Made by a program: the position numbers and the translations under genes. A DNA stretch of 46,589 bases from an uncultured Rhodospirillaceae bacterium (lineage in GTDB: Bacteria; Pseudomonadota; Alphaproteobacteria; UBA7887), in NCBI GenBank assembly GCA_964555535.1, contig CAZKTK010000001.1, forward strand, positions 1-46,589. The letters run 5' to 3'. Of the stretch, positions 26,710-36,930 are shown piece after piece (the first letter of the stretch is position 1; every line of letters starts with the position of its first letter). Under the pieces are notes generated by a model, which was not told the origin of the DNA, did no database searches, and saw only the letters and a list, made by a program, of their open reading frames with translations.

Positions 26710-27678
26710 ATGATCACGGCAGGCGAAGAGTTTCGCGATGACGGGCGGCAGCTGCGCGGGCTGGCGCCGGCGGACGTCAAACGCCTGAGCGCGATCGACG
26801 CAGGTAAGGCGACGCTGGCCGTTGTCGAGACCTGGGCGGTGATCGCGCTGGCGGCGGCTGCCGCAATCGCCTGGTGGCATCCGATCGTGGTCGTCATCGC
26901 CATCCTCGTCATCGGCAGCCGCCAGCATGCGCTGTTCGCACTCGCCCATGACGCGGCCCATTACCGGCTCTATCGCACCCGCTGGCTCAACGATCTGGTG
27001 GGCGGGCTGTGCGGTGCCGCAGGCGGCATATCGATGCGGACCTACCGCGTCATTCACCGCCTGCACCACAATCACCTCTACGGCCGTGAGGATCCGGACG
27101 TGGCGCTGGCGGGCGGCTGTCCGCGCGGCCGCGCCTATCTCCTGCGCAAGCTGGCAACGGATCTCGCCGGTCTGACCGCGCACAAGACCTATGCCTACTT
27201 CTTCGGCCACCCGGCACTCAACGACGCCCGCGGCGAGGCCATCAAGCCCCTTGACGATACCTCGCCCCGCCTGCGCCAGCACGCCCGTCGCGACCGGGTG
27301 CTGGTCATCGCGCTACAGGCCGGGCTGTTCGTCGCGGCAATTGCAACAGGCTGGTGGCTGGAATATCTGCTGCTTTGGATCGTGCCGGCCGTGACCGTCT
27401 TGCAGGCGCTGTTGCGACTACGTGCCGTCTTGGAGCACGGGGCAGTGCGGAATTTCGACTCCGCCCTGACCGCCGCGCGCACCAATACCGCCTCCGCCGT
27501 GTTGCTGTGGTGGCTGTTCCCGCACCACGTCAACTACCACATCGAACATCATCTCTACCCGGCCATCCCCCACTACAACCTGGCCGAGGCGCATGCGCTA
27601 TTGCGCCGGAGCGGCGCCCTGGCCGACGCCGAGGTCTCGCCCGTCGGCCAAAGCCTGGTGCGCGTGCTAGGGACGTAG
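26710..27678 (+). CDS. fatty acid desaturase family protein
   Basis: Three His boxes: 'HDAAH', 'HRLHHNH' and '[12 protein letters not shown]', with membrane helices between them. The start is at MITAGEE. The listed ORF from 25798 is antisense to the ACAD gene. Confidence 0.8.
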   Translation: MITAGEEFRDDGRQLRGLAPADVKRLSAIDAGKATLAVVETWAVIALAAAAAIAWWHPIVVVIAILVIGSRQHALFALAHDAAHYRLYRTRWLNDLVGGLCGAAGGISMRTYRVIHRLHHNHLYGREDPDVALAGGCPRGRAYLLRKLATDLAGLTAHKTYAYFFGHPALNDARGEAIKPLDDTSPRLRQHARRDRVLVIALQAGLFVAAIATGWWLEYLLLWIVPAVTVLQALLRLRAVLEHGAVRNFDSALTAARTNTASAVLLWWLFPHHVNYHIEHHLYPAIPHYNLAEAHALLRRSGALADAEVSPVGQSLVRVLGT

Positions 27679-28416
27679 GCGGCGGTCGAACAAGGCCAGC
27701 ATGCGCTGCCAGTGCCGCTCGCCGGCCGGTTTGTCGTAGACGGGCCGTTGCGGGAAGGCAAAGCCGTGCTCGGTGCCGGGATAGACTTCGATGCGGTGGT
27801 TCGCACCCGCGGCCTCGAAGATGCCCGGCATGCGATCGAGCAACTCCTGTGGCACGTAGGGGTCGTCGGAGGCGAAGCCGAGATAGAGCTCGCCCTTGAT
27901 GCGGTCCGCCTTGAGGTGCGGTGAATCGTCCTTGTCGGTGACGATACCGACGCCGTAGAACGAGGCGATAGCAGCGAAGTCGTCCGGATAGGCGGCAGCG
28001 ACCGAGACCACATACTGCCCGCTCATGCAGTACCCGACACAGCCGACAGCACCGGGGGCGGCGCCATCGGCGCTGCGGATATGCGCCAGCATGGACTCGG
28101 TGTCGGCGACCACGCGGGCATTGCTCAGGGTATTCATTACATCGAACATCTTCTGGCGCTCGTCGTCGTCGACGCGGATGCGCGCAAGCTCGAAGCCGTA
28201 ACTCCCCTCGCGGCCGGTGCGGTAATACATGTTGGGCAGCATCACGAAGTAGCCCGTCGTGGCGATGCGCCTGGCCATGTCGCGCAACTCCTCACGAATG
28301 CCGGGCGCATCCATGTAGAGGATTACCGCCGGATGCGGCCCGTCCTCGTCCGGGTGGCAGACGAAGCAATCCATGCTGCCGTCGCCGGTCTGGAGCTCAG
28401 TATCGTATTCGTGCAT
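27667..28416 (-). CDS. dienelactone hydrolase family protein
   Basis: 'HPAVILYMDAPGIRE', nucleophile region 'VGYCMSGQY', 'YPGTEHGF'. Confidence 0.8.
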   Translation of the reverse strand: MHEYDTELQTGDGSMDCFVCHPDEDGPHPAVILYMDAPGIREELRDMARRIATTGYFVMLPNMYYRTGREGSYGFELARIRVDDDERQKMFDVMNTLSNARVVADTESMLAHIRSADGAAPGAVGCVGYCMSGQYVVSVAAAYPDDFAAIASFYGVGIVTDKDDSPHLKADRIKGELYLGFASDDPYVPQELLDRMPGIFEAAGANHRIEVYPGTEHGFAFPQRPVYDKPAGERHWQRMLALFDRRLRP

Positions 28417-28565
28417 GCCTCACGCCTCCCTGTTTGTCTTGCGATAGCATGTCTCGGGCGTGGGCTCCAGGCATTGCCGGAGGCCTGGCAGTCAGCTATG
28501 TCAATGAGAGGCGGCGCCGTAGCAACGGCCGCCACAACAGAGAACATCCGGGGAGGAAATCGACC

Positions 28566-29228
28566 ATGACCAAGATCTTCGGCCCGCAGCAGCGCGCCAT
28601 GCAGGACAAGTTCGACACCCGCCGTGTCGCCGACTTCATCGCCGGCGGTTTCATCGTCGACGAGATCAGCGAAACCGATCAGGCCTTCATAGAGAGCCGC
28701 GACATGTTCTGGATGGCGACCATCGGCGAGGATGGTGCGCCGACGGTTTCCTACAAGGGCGGCGATCCCGGTTTCCTCAAGGTGCTCGACAACAAGACCA
28801 TTGCCTTCCCGAGCTATGACGGCAACGGCATGTTCTATTCGATGGGCAATATCGCCACCAGCGCCAAGATCGGCATGCTGTTCATCGATTTCGAGAATCC
28901 CATCCGCCTGCGCGTCCAGGGCACGGCGACGGTCTCCGACAGCGACCCGCTGCTGAGCGAATTCAAGGAAGCGCAGATGGTGGTCCGGGTCACGGTAGAC
29001 GGTATGTGGCCCAACTGCCCGCGCTATGTCCATCGCATGCAGAAGGTCACGCCGTCGCGCTATGTGCCGCGCGAGGGTGCGGATACGCCGCTGGCCGGCT
29101 GGAAGCGCATCGACATTGCCCAGGAAGTCCTGCCCGCCTCGGACCAGGGCCGGGCCGAGGCCGAAGGCGGCCAGATCACCGTCGAGGACTGGTTCGGCAA
29201 GGTCGCGACCGGCGATCCCGAAGCCTGA
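28566..29228 (+). CDS. pyridoxamine 5'-phosphate oxidase-family FMN-binding protein
   Basis: 'MFWMATIGEDGAPTVSYKGG..GFLKVLDNKTIAFPSYDGNGMFYSMGNI' matches the PNPOx-like split-barrel pattern. The ATG at 28566 is preceded by GGGAGGAAA. Confidence 0.7.
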   Translation: MTKIFGPQQRAMQDKFDTRRVADFIAGGFIVDEISETDQAFIESRDMFWMATIGEDGAPTVSYKGGDPGFLKVLDNKTIAFPSYDGNGMFYSMGNIATSAKIGMLFIDFENPIRLRVQGTATVSDSDPLLSEFKEAQMVVRVTVDGMWPNCPRYVHRMQKVTPSRYVPREGADTPLAGWKRIDIAQEVLPASDQGRAEAEGGQITVEDWFGKVATGDPEA

Positions 29229-29236
29229 TCGAAATC

Positions 29237-29264
29237 CCGCCGCCCCGCTTTGGCGGGGCGGCGG
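29237..29264 (+). terminator. GC-rich hairpin after the PNPOx-like gene
   Basis: CCGCCGCCCCGC-TTTG-GCGGGGCGGCGG is a perfect 12-bp stem starting 9 nt after the stop. It has no U-tract, so intrinsic-terminator function is uncertain. Confidence 0.35.
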
Positions 29265-29278
29265 ATCGAGGAGTTCAC

Positions 29279-30211
29279 ATGAAGATTGCTGTGGTAGGCG
29301 CCGGTGCCATGGGCTCGGTCTATGCGGCCCTGTTGGCCAAGGCCGGCAACGAGGTCTGGGCGGTCGACGTCTGGCAGGAGCATATCGACGCCATTCGCGC
29401 CAACGGCCTGCGCATCGAAGGGGCCAGTGGCGACAACACGATCCCCGTCAATGGCACCACGAACGCGGCCGATGTCAGTGCCTGCGATCTGGTGATCCTC
29501 GCCACCAAGGCGCGTCATGTCTCGGCAGCGGCCGAAAGCATCAAGACCATGCTGGGGCCGGACACGCCGGTGCTCACCATTCAGAACGGGCTCGGCAGCG
29601 GCGATGCGGCAGCCACGGCGCTGGGGGCGGAGCGCGTAAGCATCGGCGTCGCGGGCGGCTTCGGCGCCAAGATGCTCGGCCCCGGCCACGCCCGTCACGA
29701 GGGTATGGAGCTGATCCGCCTCGGCGAAATGCAGGGCCCGGTCACCCCCCGCCTCGAATCAATTGCTGCTGTTTGGGACAAAGCCGGTTTCAAGGTCAAA
29801 TGCTTCGACGACATCCACCAGCTGATCTGGGAGAAGCTGATCTGCAACGGCACCTTCAGCGCCGTCTGCACGCTCACCGGCCTGACAGCGGGCGGTGTGC
29901 TCGACGATGCGGACGCCTGGACCGTGGCTTCGGCCTGCGCAACGGAAGGCGCGGCAGTGGCGCGCGCCAAGGGCATCACCCTCGATTTCGACGACCCGGT
30001 GGCCTATGTGCACGCTTTCGGAGCCAAGATCCGCGGCGGCAGGCCGTCCATGTGGCAGGACATGGATGCGGGCCGCCCGGGCGAGATCGACGCCATCAAC
30101 GGCGCCATCGCGGCCGCCGGCAAGGAGGCGGGCGTGGCCACACCGACCCACGATATGCTGACCGCATTGGTCCGCGCCGCCGAGGTGGCCCGCGGCATCA
30201 GCCAGCGCTGA
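29279..30211 (+). CDS. 2-dehydropantoate 2-reductase (ketopantoate reductase family)
   Basis: 'MKIAVVGAGAMGSVYAALLAKAG', 'NGL', 'EKLICNG', 'PSMWQDMDAGRPGEIDAINGAI' are PanE/ApbA blocks. Confidence 0.8.
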   Translation: MKIAVVGAGAMGSVYAALLAKAGNEVWAVDVWQEHIDAIRANGLRIEGASGDNTIPVNGTTNAADVSACDLVILATKARHVSAAAESIKTMLGPDTPVLTIQNGLGSGDAAATALGAERVSIGVAGGFGAKMLGPGHARHEGMELIRLGEMQGPVTPRLESIAAVWDKAGFKVKCFDDIHQLIWEKLICNGTFSAVCTLTGLTAGGVLDDADAWTVASACATEGAAVARAKGITLDFDDPVAYVHAFGAKIRGGRPSMWQDMDAGRPGEIDAINGAIAAAGKEAGVATPTHDMLTALVRAAEVARGISQR

Positions 30212-30723
30212 GTCAAACTGGGCGCGGCCCAGCGCCCACGCCAGATTGCATTGCGCTCGTCCGTTTGCAGCGGTGACGGCGTGTCGATCTCGGCCTCGCC
30301 GGCAAGGCCCGCCAAGCGGCCCGTGCCGCCGAGCCAGGAGGCCACGCCTCGGCAGCGGGCGGCCACGGTGCGGCAGCGCCATTCGGCCACGGCCGTGTCG
30401 CGCTCCGGCGTACTGAACAGACATCGCCCCTGCAGCGTGTCGCCGCCGCCCTCGAACTCGCAAACGACCTCAGACCCGGCAAAGCGCGGATCGGACTCCT
30501 CGCCGACCGAGCCCGACCAGGTGCCGTGGAACAGTGCCGCCTCGAAATCGACCCGGGGATCGCCGTCGAAAGCGATGGACAGCTCATCGGCCACGGCGGC
30601 TTGGCAGCCGAGCAGGAGCACAATCGTCCACAAAGCGAGCGCGCCGCATTGCGGCAGGAGCCAAAATTTGGCATGAGGAGTGCACCATCTCGCCTTTCCT
30701 CCGGTGCCATCCGTCATGCTCAT
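30004..30723 (-). CDS. hypothetical lipoprotein (boundaries uncertain)
   Basis: Lipobox 'LLLGC' follows a basic and hydrophobic leader. The region 30250-30600 reads as protein ('DELSIAFDGDPRVDFEAALFHGTWSGSVGEE...CEFEGGGDTLQGRC'). The 3' 208 nt run antisense through the ketopantoate reductase gene and may not be real. No family was recognised. Confidence 0.3.
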   Translation of the reverse strand: MSMTDGTGGKARWCTPHAKFWLLPQCGALALWTIVLLLGCQAAVADELSIAFDGDPRVDFEAALFHGTWSGSVGEESDPRFAGSEVVCEFEGGGDTLQGRCLFSTPERDTAVAEWRCRTVAARCRGVASWLGGTGRLAGLAGEAEIDTPSPLQTDERNAIWRGRWAAPSLTQRWLMPRATSAARTNAVSISWVGVATPASLPAAAMAPLMASISPGRPASMSCHMDGLPPRILAPKACT

Positions 30724-32434
30724 TCTCGGCGTCCATTCCGGCCACCACGATGCCGTGGCGGTCCTCTTCGAGGACTATGCCATGCGCGCGGCCATCCAGC
30801 TAGAACGCTTGACGCGGCGCAAGATCGACGGCGGCCGCATTCCCGACGAAGCGATCGACGCCTGCCTCGCGACCATCGGCGCCGAGCGCGGCGACGTCGA
30901 TGCCGTGGCGCTCGGCCGCGCCGTATTCCCATGGCACTATTTCACCCACTTCTCGGGCGGGCGCTGGGTCGAAGGCAAGGTCCGCCAGGCCGTGGGCAAG
31001 CAGAAGCAGAAGAGCATGGAGCGCGAGCTGATCCGTGCCAAACGCTCGGACGCGGCGGGAATATTCGACACCGCGCGTTTCTGTGCCGAGCAGGGCTTCC
31101 GCGCCGGCATTCCGGTCGGCTTCTACAATCACCACCTCGCCCATGCGCTCCCCACCCTGTTTCACACCAATTGGGACGAAGCGCTGCTCTATACCGCGGA
31201 CGGCGGCGGCGACAATGTGCAATACAGCCACCGCGTCTTTCGCAATAGCGCCATCGAAACCCTGCACGGCGGCGAAGCGGGGCTGCTCGAGCCGCTGCGG
31301 ATCGATAGTTTAGGCCTAGCCTACGGCTATGCCACCCAGGCGCTCGGCTATCGCATGAACCGTCACGAAGGAAAGCTGACGGGACTTGCCGCATTCGGCA
31401 AACCGACACTATACGAGCCATTAGCCGAACACTTCTCGGTCGATGATGAAGGCCGCATCGATAGCGACTTCGAAAGCTACACGGCGATGCGAAAGCGCAT
31501 TTTCGCCCTGGCCGATGGCGCCGAGCCTGCCGATGTCGCTGCCTCGGTCCAGACCTTGCTGGAAGAGACCATGCTGACCTCCGCGCGCCGCCTGCTGGCG
31601 CGCCACCCGGTGCGCAATCTGGGGCTTGCCGGCGGCGTCTTCGGCAATGTGCGACTCAACCAGCGCCTGGCGGAAGAAACCGATGTCGACGAGGTCTTCG
31701 TCTACCCTGCCATGAGCGATGCCGGCCTGGCGGCGGGCGGCGTGCTCGACTTTCTGCTTGGCCGCGACGGGATGGAAGACTGGCTGGCCAGCCGGCGGCA
31801 CCTCGATGCGCTCTACCTCGGCACGGACTGGGGTGATACGGCAGACCGCACCTTCGCGGCGGACGCACGCTTGGAGGCGGTTCCGGGCGCTGCGGTGGAC
31901 ACGGCGGCGACCCTGCTGACCGAAGGCGCCGCCGTGGCCATTTTCACCCATGGCGGCGAATATGGCCCCAGGGCACTTGGCGCGCGCAGCATTCTTGCCG
32001 CGCCGACCGATAGCCGCATCAACGATATTCTCAATGCGCGGCTGGGACGCACCGAGTTCATGCCGTTCGCGCCTGTGGTCGCGGCGGAGGATGCGAATGA
32101 CATCTTCGAGCTGGGGTCCGGGCTTGCCTATGCTGCCCGCTTCATGACCATCACCTGCGCCGTGCGCCCCGAATGGCGCGAGCGCATTCCCGCCGTCGTC
32201 CACGTCGACGGCACCGCGCGGCCGCAAGTGATCGAACGCGATGCGAACCCGCTCTACTACGACGTTCTCGCCGCCTATAAGAGCCTCAGCGGCATTCCGG
32301 TGCTGATCAATACGAGCTTCAACGCCCACGAAGAGCCGATCATCAACACGCCCGAGGAATGCGCCCAGGCGCTCGCCGACGATCGTGTGGACTACGTGGT
32401 GAGCGAGGGAGCGGTCTATCGCCGGAAACGCTAG
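30716..32434 (+). CDS. carbamoyltransferase (NodU/CmcH family)
   Basis: 'MLILGVHSGHHDAVAVLFED', 'ADGGGDN', 'LAGGVFGNVRLNQ', 'MSDAGLAAGG', 'GPRALGARSI', 'VHVDGTARPQ', 'NTSFNAHEEPI'. Confidence 0.85.
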   Translation: MLILGVHSGHHDAVAVLFEDYAMRAAIQLERLTRRKIDGGRIPDEAIDACLATIGAERGDVDAVALGRAVFPWHYFTHFSGGRWVEGKVRQAVGKQKQKSMERELIRAKRSDAAGIFDTARFCAEQGFRAGIPVGFYNHHLAHALPTLFHTNWDEALLYTADGGGDNVQYSHRVFRNSAIETLHGGEAGLLEPLRIDSLGLAYGYATQALGYRMNRHEGKLTGLAAFGKPTLYEPLAEHFSVDDEGRIDSDFESYTAMRKRIFALADGAEPADVAASVQTLLEETMLTSARRLLARHPVRNLGLAGGVFGNVRLNQRLAEETDVDEVFVYPAMSDAGLAAGGVLDFLLGRDGMEDWLASRRHLDALYLGTDWGDTADRTFAADARLEAVPGAAVDTAATLLTEGAAVAIFTHGGEYGPRALGARSILAAPTDSRINDILNARLGRTEFMPFAPVVAAEDANDIFELGSGLAYAARFMTITCAVRPEWRERIPAVVHVDGTARPQVIERDANPLYYDVLAAYKSLSGIPVLINTSFNAHEEPIINTPEECAQALADDRVDYVVSEGAVYRRKR

Positions 32435-33501
32435 GAAGTTTCCGTCACCAGCTCCGGCGCGGTGACGACGCGGTTGCGGCCCTGGGTCTTGGCTTCGTAG
32501 AGCGCCTTGTCGGCAGCGGTCAGCAAGGTATCGGAGACCATGGCCATGCTCGGCTCGCCGCAGGCCACGCCGACGCTCACGGTAACCACGCCGGCTCCCG
32601 TGCGGGAGGTCGCGTGGGCAACGCCCTTGTCTTCCACGGCTTGGCGCATGGCCTCGGCCACTTTGACCGCGCCTTCGATGGGCGTCTCGGGGAGCACCGC
32701 CAGAAACTCCTCGCCACCATAGCGGCCCACCATGTCTGCACCGCGGTTGAGGCAATCCTTGAGGCTGAGCGCGACCATCCAGAGACACTCGTCGCCAGCC
32801 TGATGGCCTTGCGTGTCGTTGAAGTTCTTGAAATCGTCGACGTCGATCATCACCAGCGACAGACAGCCGTGCTCGCGCGCCGCGCGGCGCCATTCCATAT
32901 CGAGGAAATCGTTCAGGCCCCGGCGATTGGCGATACCCGTGAGGGCATCGCGCGTGGACAGCAGCTGCAAGCGCTCATTGGTCTGTTGCAGGACCTCGGT
33001 GACCTTGATCAGTTCCTCTTCCCTTTTCTCCAGCGTGCTCTCTCGTTCGATACGAATCAGCATCGACCGCCGCCAGCCCAGCGCCGCGCTGATGCGGGCT
33101 TCAAGCTCGTAGTCGGCAATCGGCTTGGTGATGAAATCGGCGGCGCCGGCCTCGAACGCGCTCTTGAGAGTGGTGGGGTCGGACAGGGAGGTGACGATAA
33201 TGATGGGCACCAGCGTCAGACCCGGCAAGGCGGCAAGACGCCGGCAAAGGTCGATGCCGTTGCTGTCCTCCAGGATCACGTCCATCAGGATCAGATCGAC
33301 GCCTTGCGTTTTCGGGCCAGCAGCCGGATAGCCGGCGATAGCAAAGGCTTCCTCGGCCGAGGCCGCGCAATGCACCTTGCCCGCCCCCATGCTCTCGAGC
33401 ATGGCCGACAAGATATGTCGCTGTGTCGGATCGTCCTCGACCACCAGAATACTGGCTTCCGGGATTTTGCCCGACAATCTGATACCAAACCCGGGGGTCA
33501 T
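32431..33501 (-). CDS. response regulator receiver - GGDEF diguanylate cyclase
   Basis: REC domain: 'ILVVEDDPTQRHIL...DLILMDVILEDSNG...ADFITKP'. GGDEF domain: 'DALTGIANRRG', 'DVDDFKNFNDTQGH', 'GGEEF', with an RxxD I-site (RGAD). Confidence 0.85.
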   Translation of the reverse strand: MTPGFGIRLSGKIPEASILVVEDDPTQRHILSAMLESMGAGKVHCAASAEEAFAIAGYPAAGPKTQGVDLILMDVILEDSNGIDLCRRLAALPGLTLVPIIIVTSLSDPTTLKSAFEAGAADFITKPIADYELEARISAALGWRRSMLIRIERESTLEKREEELIKVTEVLQQTNERLQLLSTRDALTGIANRRGLNDFLDMEWRRAAREHGCLSLVMIDVDDFKNFNDTQGHQAGDECLWMVALSLKDCLNRGADMVGRYGGEEFLAVLPETPIEGAVKVAEAMRQAVEDKGVAHATSRTGAGVVTVSVGVACGEPSMAMVSDTLLTAADKALYEAKTQGRNRVVTAPELVTETS

Positions 33502-33679
33502 GATAACCAGGCTCCCTCAAACCCTGCATCCATGCGACGCGGCTATCCCTATAGCATCGAAGGGGCTGCACGGTCTTGGGAAATCCCATTGGCCGGCACC
33601 CGACATGGCGCGTAGCGGAGCCGGCGGTCCCATGATAACGTCGCCCTGTTGGGAAGGGTTCAATCGGTGAGGAGCGGAC

Positions 33680-34852
33680 ATGCCAGTCGTCAATCGGATC
33701 GCGGCATTTCACGACGTCATGCGCGAATGGCGCCACGATATTCATCGCCATCCGGAATTGGCTTACGAAGAGCATCGCACTGCCTCGGTGGTAGCCGAGA
33801 GGTTGCGCGAGTTCGGCCTGGACGAGGTCACCGAGGGCATCGGCAAGACCGGCGTCGTCGGCGTGATCCGCAATGGCGACGGCCCCTCCATCGGCCTGCG
33901 CGCCGATATGGATGCCTTGCCGATCACCGAAGAGACGGGGCTCTCATACCAATCCACCAAGGAAGGGCTGATGCATGCCTGCGGCCATGACGGCCACACG
34001 GCGATGCTGCTGGGCGCGGCCCGCTACCTCTCGGAGAACCGCAATTTCGACGGTACCGTGGTGTTCGTCTTCCAGCCTGCGGAGGAAGGTTTCGCCGGCG
34101 CCAAGGCGATGATCGACGACGGCCTGTTCGAGAAATATCCGGTGGATTCCATCTACGGCGTCCACAACATGCCCGGCCTGCCCACCGGCACCATCGCGCT
34201 GTCGCCGGGCCCGGTCATGGCGGCGGCGGATTCGTTCAGCGTCACGGTCCAGGGCAAAGGCGGCCATGGCGCCATGCCCCATATGGCGGTCGATCCTGTT
34301 CCTGCCGCGGCGGCGATGATATCGGCGCTGCAGGGTATCGTATCGCGCAATGCCGACCCCTCGGCGACCCTGGTGATCTCGGTCACCACGCTGCATGCGG
34401 GCGATGCGTTCAATGTGATCCCGGATACGGTCGAGTTCGGCGGCACCGTGCGCCACTTCGACAGTGCCGTCGGCGAAATGGCCGAGCGCCGCATGCGCGA
34501 GGTGGTCGAAGGCGTCGCGGGGGCACACGGCGCCGAGGTGGCGTTCTCCTATCGCAAAGGCTATCCGCCGACCTGCAACCACGCCGACGAAACCGCATTC
34601 GCGCGCGACGTCGCCGCCGACGTGCTCGGCGGGCAGGCGCCGGAACAACCCCGCGTGATGGGCTCGGAGGACTTCTCCTTCTTCCTTGAGGAGAAGCCTG
34701 GCGCCTATGCCTTCGTCGGCAATGGCGACGGCCCGGCCTGCGTCACAGTGCACAATCCCCATTACGACTTCAACGACGAGATCCTGCCCGTCGGCGCGAG
34801 CTTCTTCGCGCGTCTGGTGGAGACCGCACTGCCGCGCACCCCTGCGGCCTGA
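33680..34852 (+). CDS. M20 family amidohydrolase (hippurate hydrolase / N-acyl-amino acid amidohydrolase-like)
   Basis: 'WRHDIHRHPELAYEE', 'ADMDALP', 'HACGHDGH', 'FQPAEEG', 'GSEDFSFF'. Confidence 0.85.
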   Translation: MPVVNRIAAFHDVMREWRHDIHRHPELAYEEHRTASVVAERLREFGLDEVTEGIGKTGVVGVIRNGDGPSIGLRADMDALPITEETGLSYQSTKEGLMHACGHDGHTAMLLGAARYLSENRNFDGTVVFVFQPAEEGFAGAKAMIDDGLFEKYPVDSIYGVHNMPGLPTGTIALSPGPVMAAADSFSVTVQGKGGHGAMPHMAVDPVPAAAAMISALQGIVSRNADPSATLVISVTTLHAGDAFNVIPDTVEFGGTVRHFDSAVGEMAERRMREVVEGVAGAHGAEVAFSYRKGYPPTCNHADETAFARDVAADVLGGQAPEQPRVMGSEDFSFFLEEKPGAYAFVGNGDGPACVTVHNPHYDFNDEILPVGASFFARLVETALPRTPAA

Positions 34853-34870
34853 GCCGGGACACAGGCACCG

Positions 34871-35671
34871 ATGCCGCGCTTCGCCGCCAATCTGTCAACC
34901 ATGTTCACGGAGCTGGATTTTCTCGACCGCTTTCGCGCGGCGGCGAATTGCGGCTTCCCGGCGGTCGAGTTTCAGTTTCCCTATCCATGGCGGGCCGGCG
35001 AGATCGCCGAGCGGCTTTTCGCCAACGGCCTGGAGACGGTTCTGTTCAACGTGCCGCCGGGAGACCTGGCCGCGGGCGAGCGCGGGCTTGGCGCCGTACC
35101 GGGGCGCGAAGCGGATTTTCGCGACGGCGTGAACCGCTCGCTCGATTATGCGGAAAGCCTGCGCTGTACGCGCCTGCACATCATGGCCGGCATGCTGGGG
35201 CCGGACGGCGATGCAGCAGCGGCGCATGCCTGTTTCGTCGAGAACCTGCGTTGGGCCGCGGCGGAATGCGCCGGGCGCGGCGTGCGCGCGCTGATCGAAC
35301 CGATCAACACCAAGCACGACATGCCGGGCTATTTCCTCGATACCATCGCCCAGGCACGCACCATCATGGACGAGGTGGCAAGCGACAACCTCTTCCTGCA
35401 GTTCGACATCTATCACCGCCAGATCATGGGCGGCAATCTGGCGGCGACGATAGAAGCGGTGCTGCCGCTCATCGATCATATCCAGATCGCCGGCGTGCCC
35501 GGTCGCCACGAGCCTGACAATGGCGAGATCAACTACCCCTATCTGTTCAATCTTATCGACAGTCTCGGCTATCGCGGCTGGATCGGTTGCGAGTACAGCC
35601 CCGCCGGCGCCACGCGCGATGGACTTGCCTGGGCCTTCGATTATGGCATTAGTGGTCACGGCGGCGGCTGA
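34871..35671 (+). CDS. hydroxypyruvate isomerase family TIM-barrel protein
   Basis: 'MPRFAANLSTMFTELDFLDRF..AA..GF.AVEFQFPY', 'IEPIN', 'FDIYH', 'HIQIAG.PGRHEP', 'GWIGCEY'. Confidence 0.8.
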   Translation: MPRFAANLSTMFTELDFLDRFRAAANCGFPAVEFQFPYPWRAGEIAERLFANGLETVLFNVPPGDLAAGERGLGAVPGREADFRDGVNRSLDYAESLRCTRLHIMAGMLGPDGDAAAAHACFVENLRWAAAECAGRGVRALIEPINTKHDMPGYFLDTIAQARTIMDEVASDNLFLQFDIYHRQIMGGNLAATIEAVLPLIDHIQIAGVPGRHEPDNGEINYPYLFNLIDSLGYRGWIGCEYSPAGATRDGLAWAFDYGISGHGGG

Positions 35672-35739
35672 ACAGGGTAGAATGGCCGACGGGAAGAGCG
35701 GCGGCCAGGCGCTGGAACGCGCAGGCCGCAGAGAGGACG

Positions 35740-36930
35740 GTGGCAGTGGCCATATCGAGCAATGACCTGCAACGGTTGCAAGAAGCGTCAACACCGGCGC
35801 TGCGGGGACGCATCGTCAGCGAGATCGGGGCCGAGTTCGCGGCCGGCGACCTGACGCCGCGGGCACGTGCCGATGCGGTCGCCATTTTCCGGGCCCTGCT
35901 CGATGACGTGGAGGTCGAGGTCCGCCGCAGCATGTCGCAGGCCCTGGCAAACACACCGGACCTGCCGAACGATATCGCCAAGCGCCTGGCGCGAGACGTG
36001 CTGGAAGTCTCGGAGCCTGTCATCGAGCTGTCCGATGCGCTCAGCGAGGACGACCTGGTCGAGATCGTCGAGAACCCGGTGCCCCAAGAACTGCGGCAGA
36101 ATTATGGGGTCGGCGAACGCTCGGCCCTGGTCGTGGAGATCGAGCGTCGCCTGAGTTCCGTTGCCCGGCGCTCATCCGTAACGGGCCGACTCAGCGACAA
36201 ACTGGTGGAGCATGGCGGCGCCGGCGTGGTGGCGACCCTGCTGGCCAATCCCGGTGCCACCATAGAAGAGCCCACGGCGCACAAGGCGATGGACCGTTTC
36301 GGCGACGACAATGCCGTACAAGCCGCATTCGCCGAGCGCGAGAGCCTTCCCGTGGCTGTGGTCGAGCGCTTGCTCTTCGTCGTTTCGGAGGCCATGCGGG
36401 ACACGCTTTGCACCAAGCACATCGTGCCACCGGCGGTGGTCGCGGGCGTGTCGCAGCAGGTCAAGGAGCGCGCCACCATGGCCTTGCTCACCGACCATTC
36501 GGCCGCCACTTCCCGCAAACTTGTCGATACCCTGACACGACAGGACAGGCTGACGGCCACGTTGATCTTGCGTGGTATTTGCACTGGCTGTTTCGCCTTC
36601 GTCGAGCATGGTCTCGCCAGCATGGCCGGCAGTCCGGTCGAGGTGGTGCGCAGCAGCTTGCGTCATGGCGAGGCGAACGAACTGACCGCCCTCTATCGCG
36701 ACGCCCACATTCCCGCCCAGGTCATCCCGGCCTTGGACCGCGCCATTGCCGTCGCCTATCGCGACGGCGTGCCGGCTGACCCGGATGACGCCAAGGCCTA
36801 CAGCACCCACATGCTGGGCGCGCTGAGTCCGGTCGTCACCAGCGGCAAGAATGCCTTGCCCGCCGGTGCCATCGCCGACATCGACGCGGTGATAGCCCAT
36901 GTCGGACGCGGCCTCGCACCGTCGGCGTAG
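35740..36930 (+). CDS. DUF2336-like helical-repeat protein
   Basis: Repeated 'VR..L(S/A)..LA....LP..IA..LA.DV..V..PV+..S..LS.DDLV.I' helices recalled from alphaproteobacterial DUF2336 proteins. The start is the GTG at 35740 and is uncertain. Confidence 0.55.
   Translation: MAVAISSNDLQRLQEASTPALRGRIVSEIGAEFAAGDLTPRARADAVAIFRALLDDVEVEVRRSMSQALANTPDLPNDIAKRLARDVLEVSEPVIELSDALSEDDLVEIVENPVPQELRQNYGVGERSALVVEIERRLSSVARRSSVTGRLSDKLVEHGGAGVVATLLANPGATIEEPTAHKAMDRFGDDNAVQAAFAERESLPVAVVERLLFVVSEAMRDTLCTKHIVPPAVVAGVSQQVKERATMALLTDHSAATSRKLVDTLTRQDRLTATLILRGICTGCFAFVEHGLASMAGSPVEVVRSSLRHGEANELTALYRDAHIPAQVIPALDRAIAVAYRDGVPADPDDAKAYSTHMLGALSPVVTSGKNALPAGAIADIDAVIAHVGRGLAPSA

Noticed and set aside
30213-30710. 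165-aa minus-strand ORF that would fit neatly between the two flanking genes
   Set aside because: The translation (Arg/Ser/Ala/Pro-rich, 'RSLCGRLCSCSAAKPPWPMS...') is not protein-like. The other minus frame has a lipobox and balanced composition, so only that one is reported, with low confidence.
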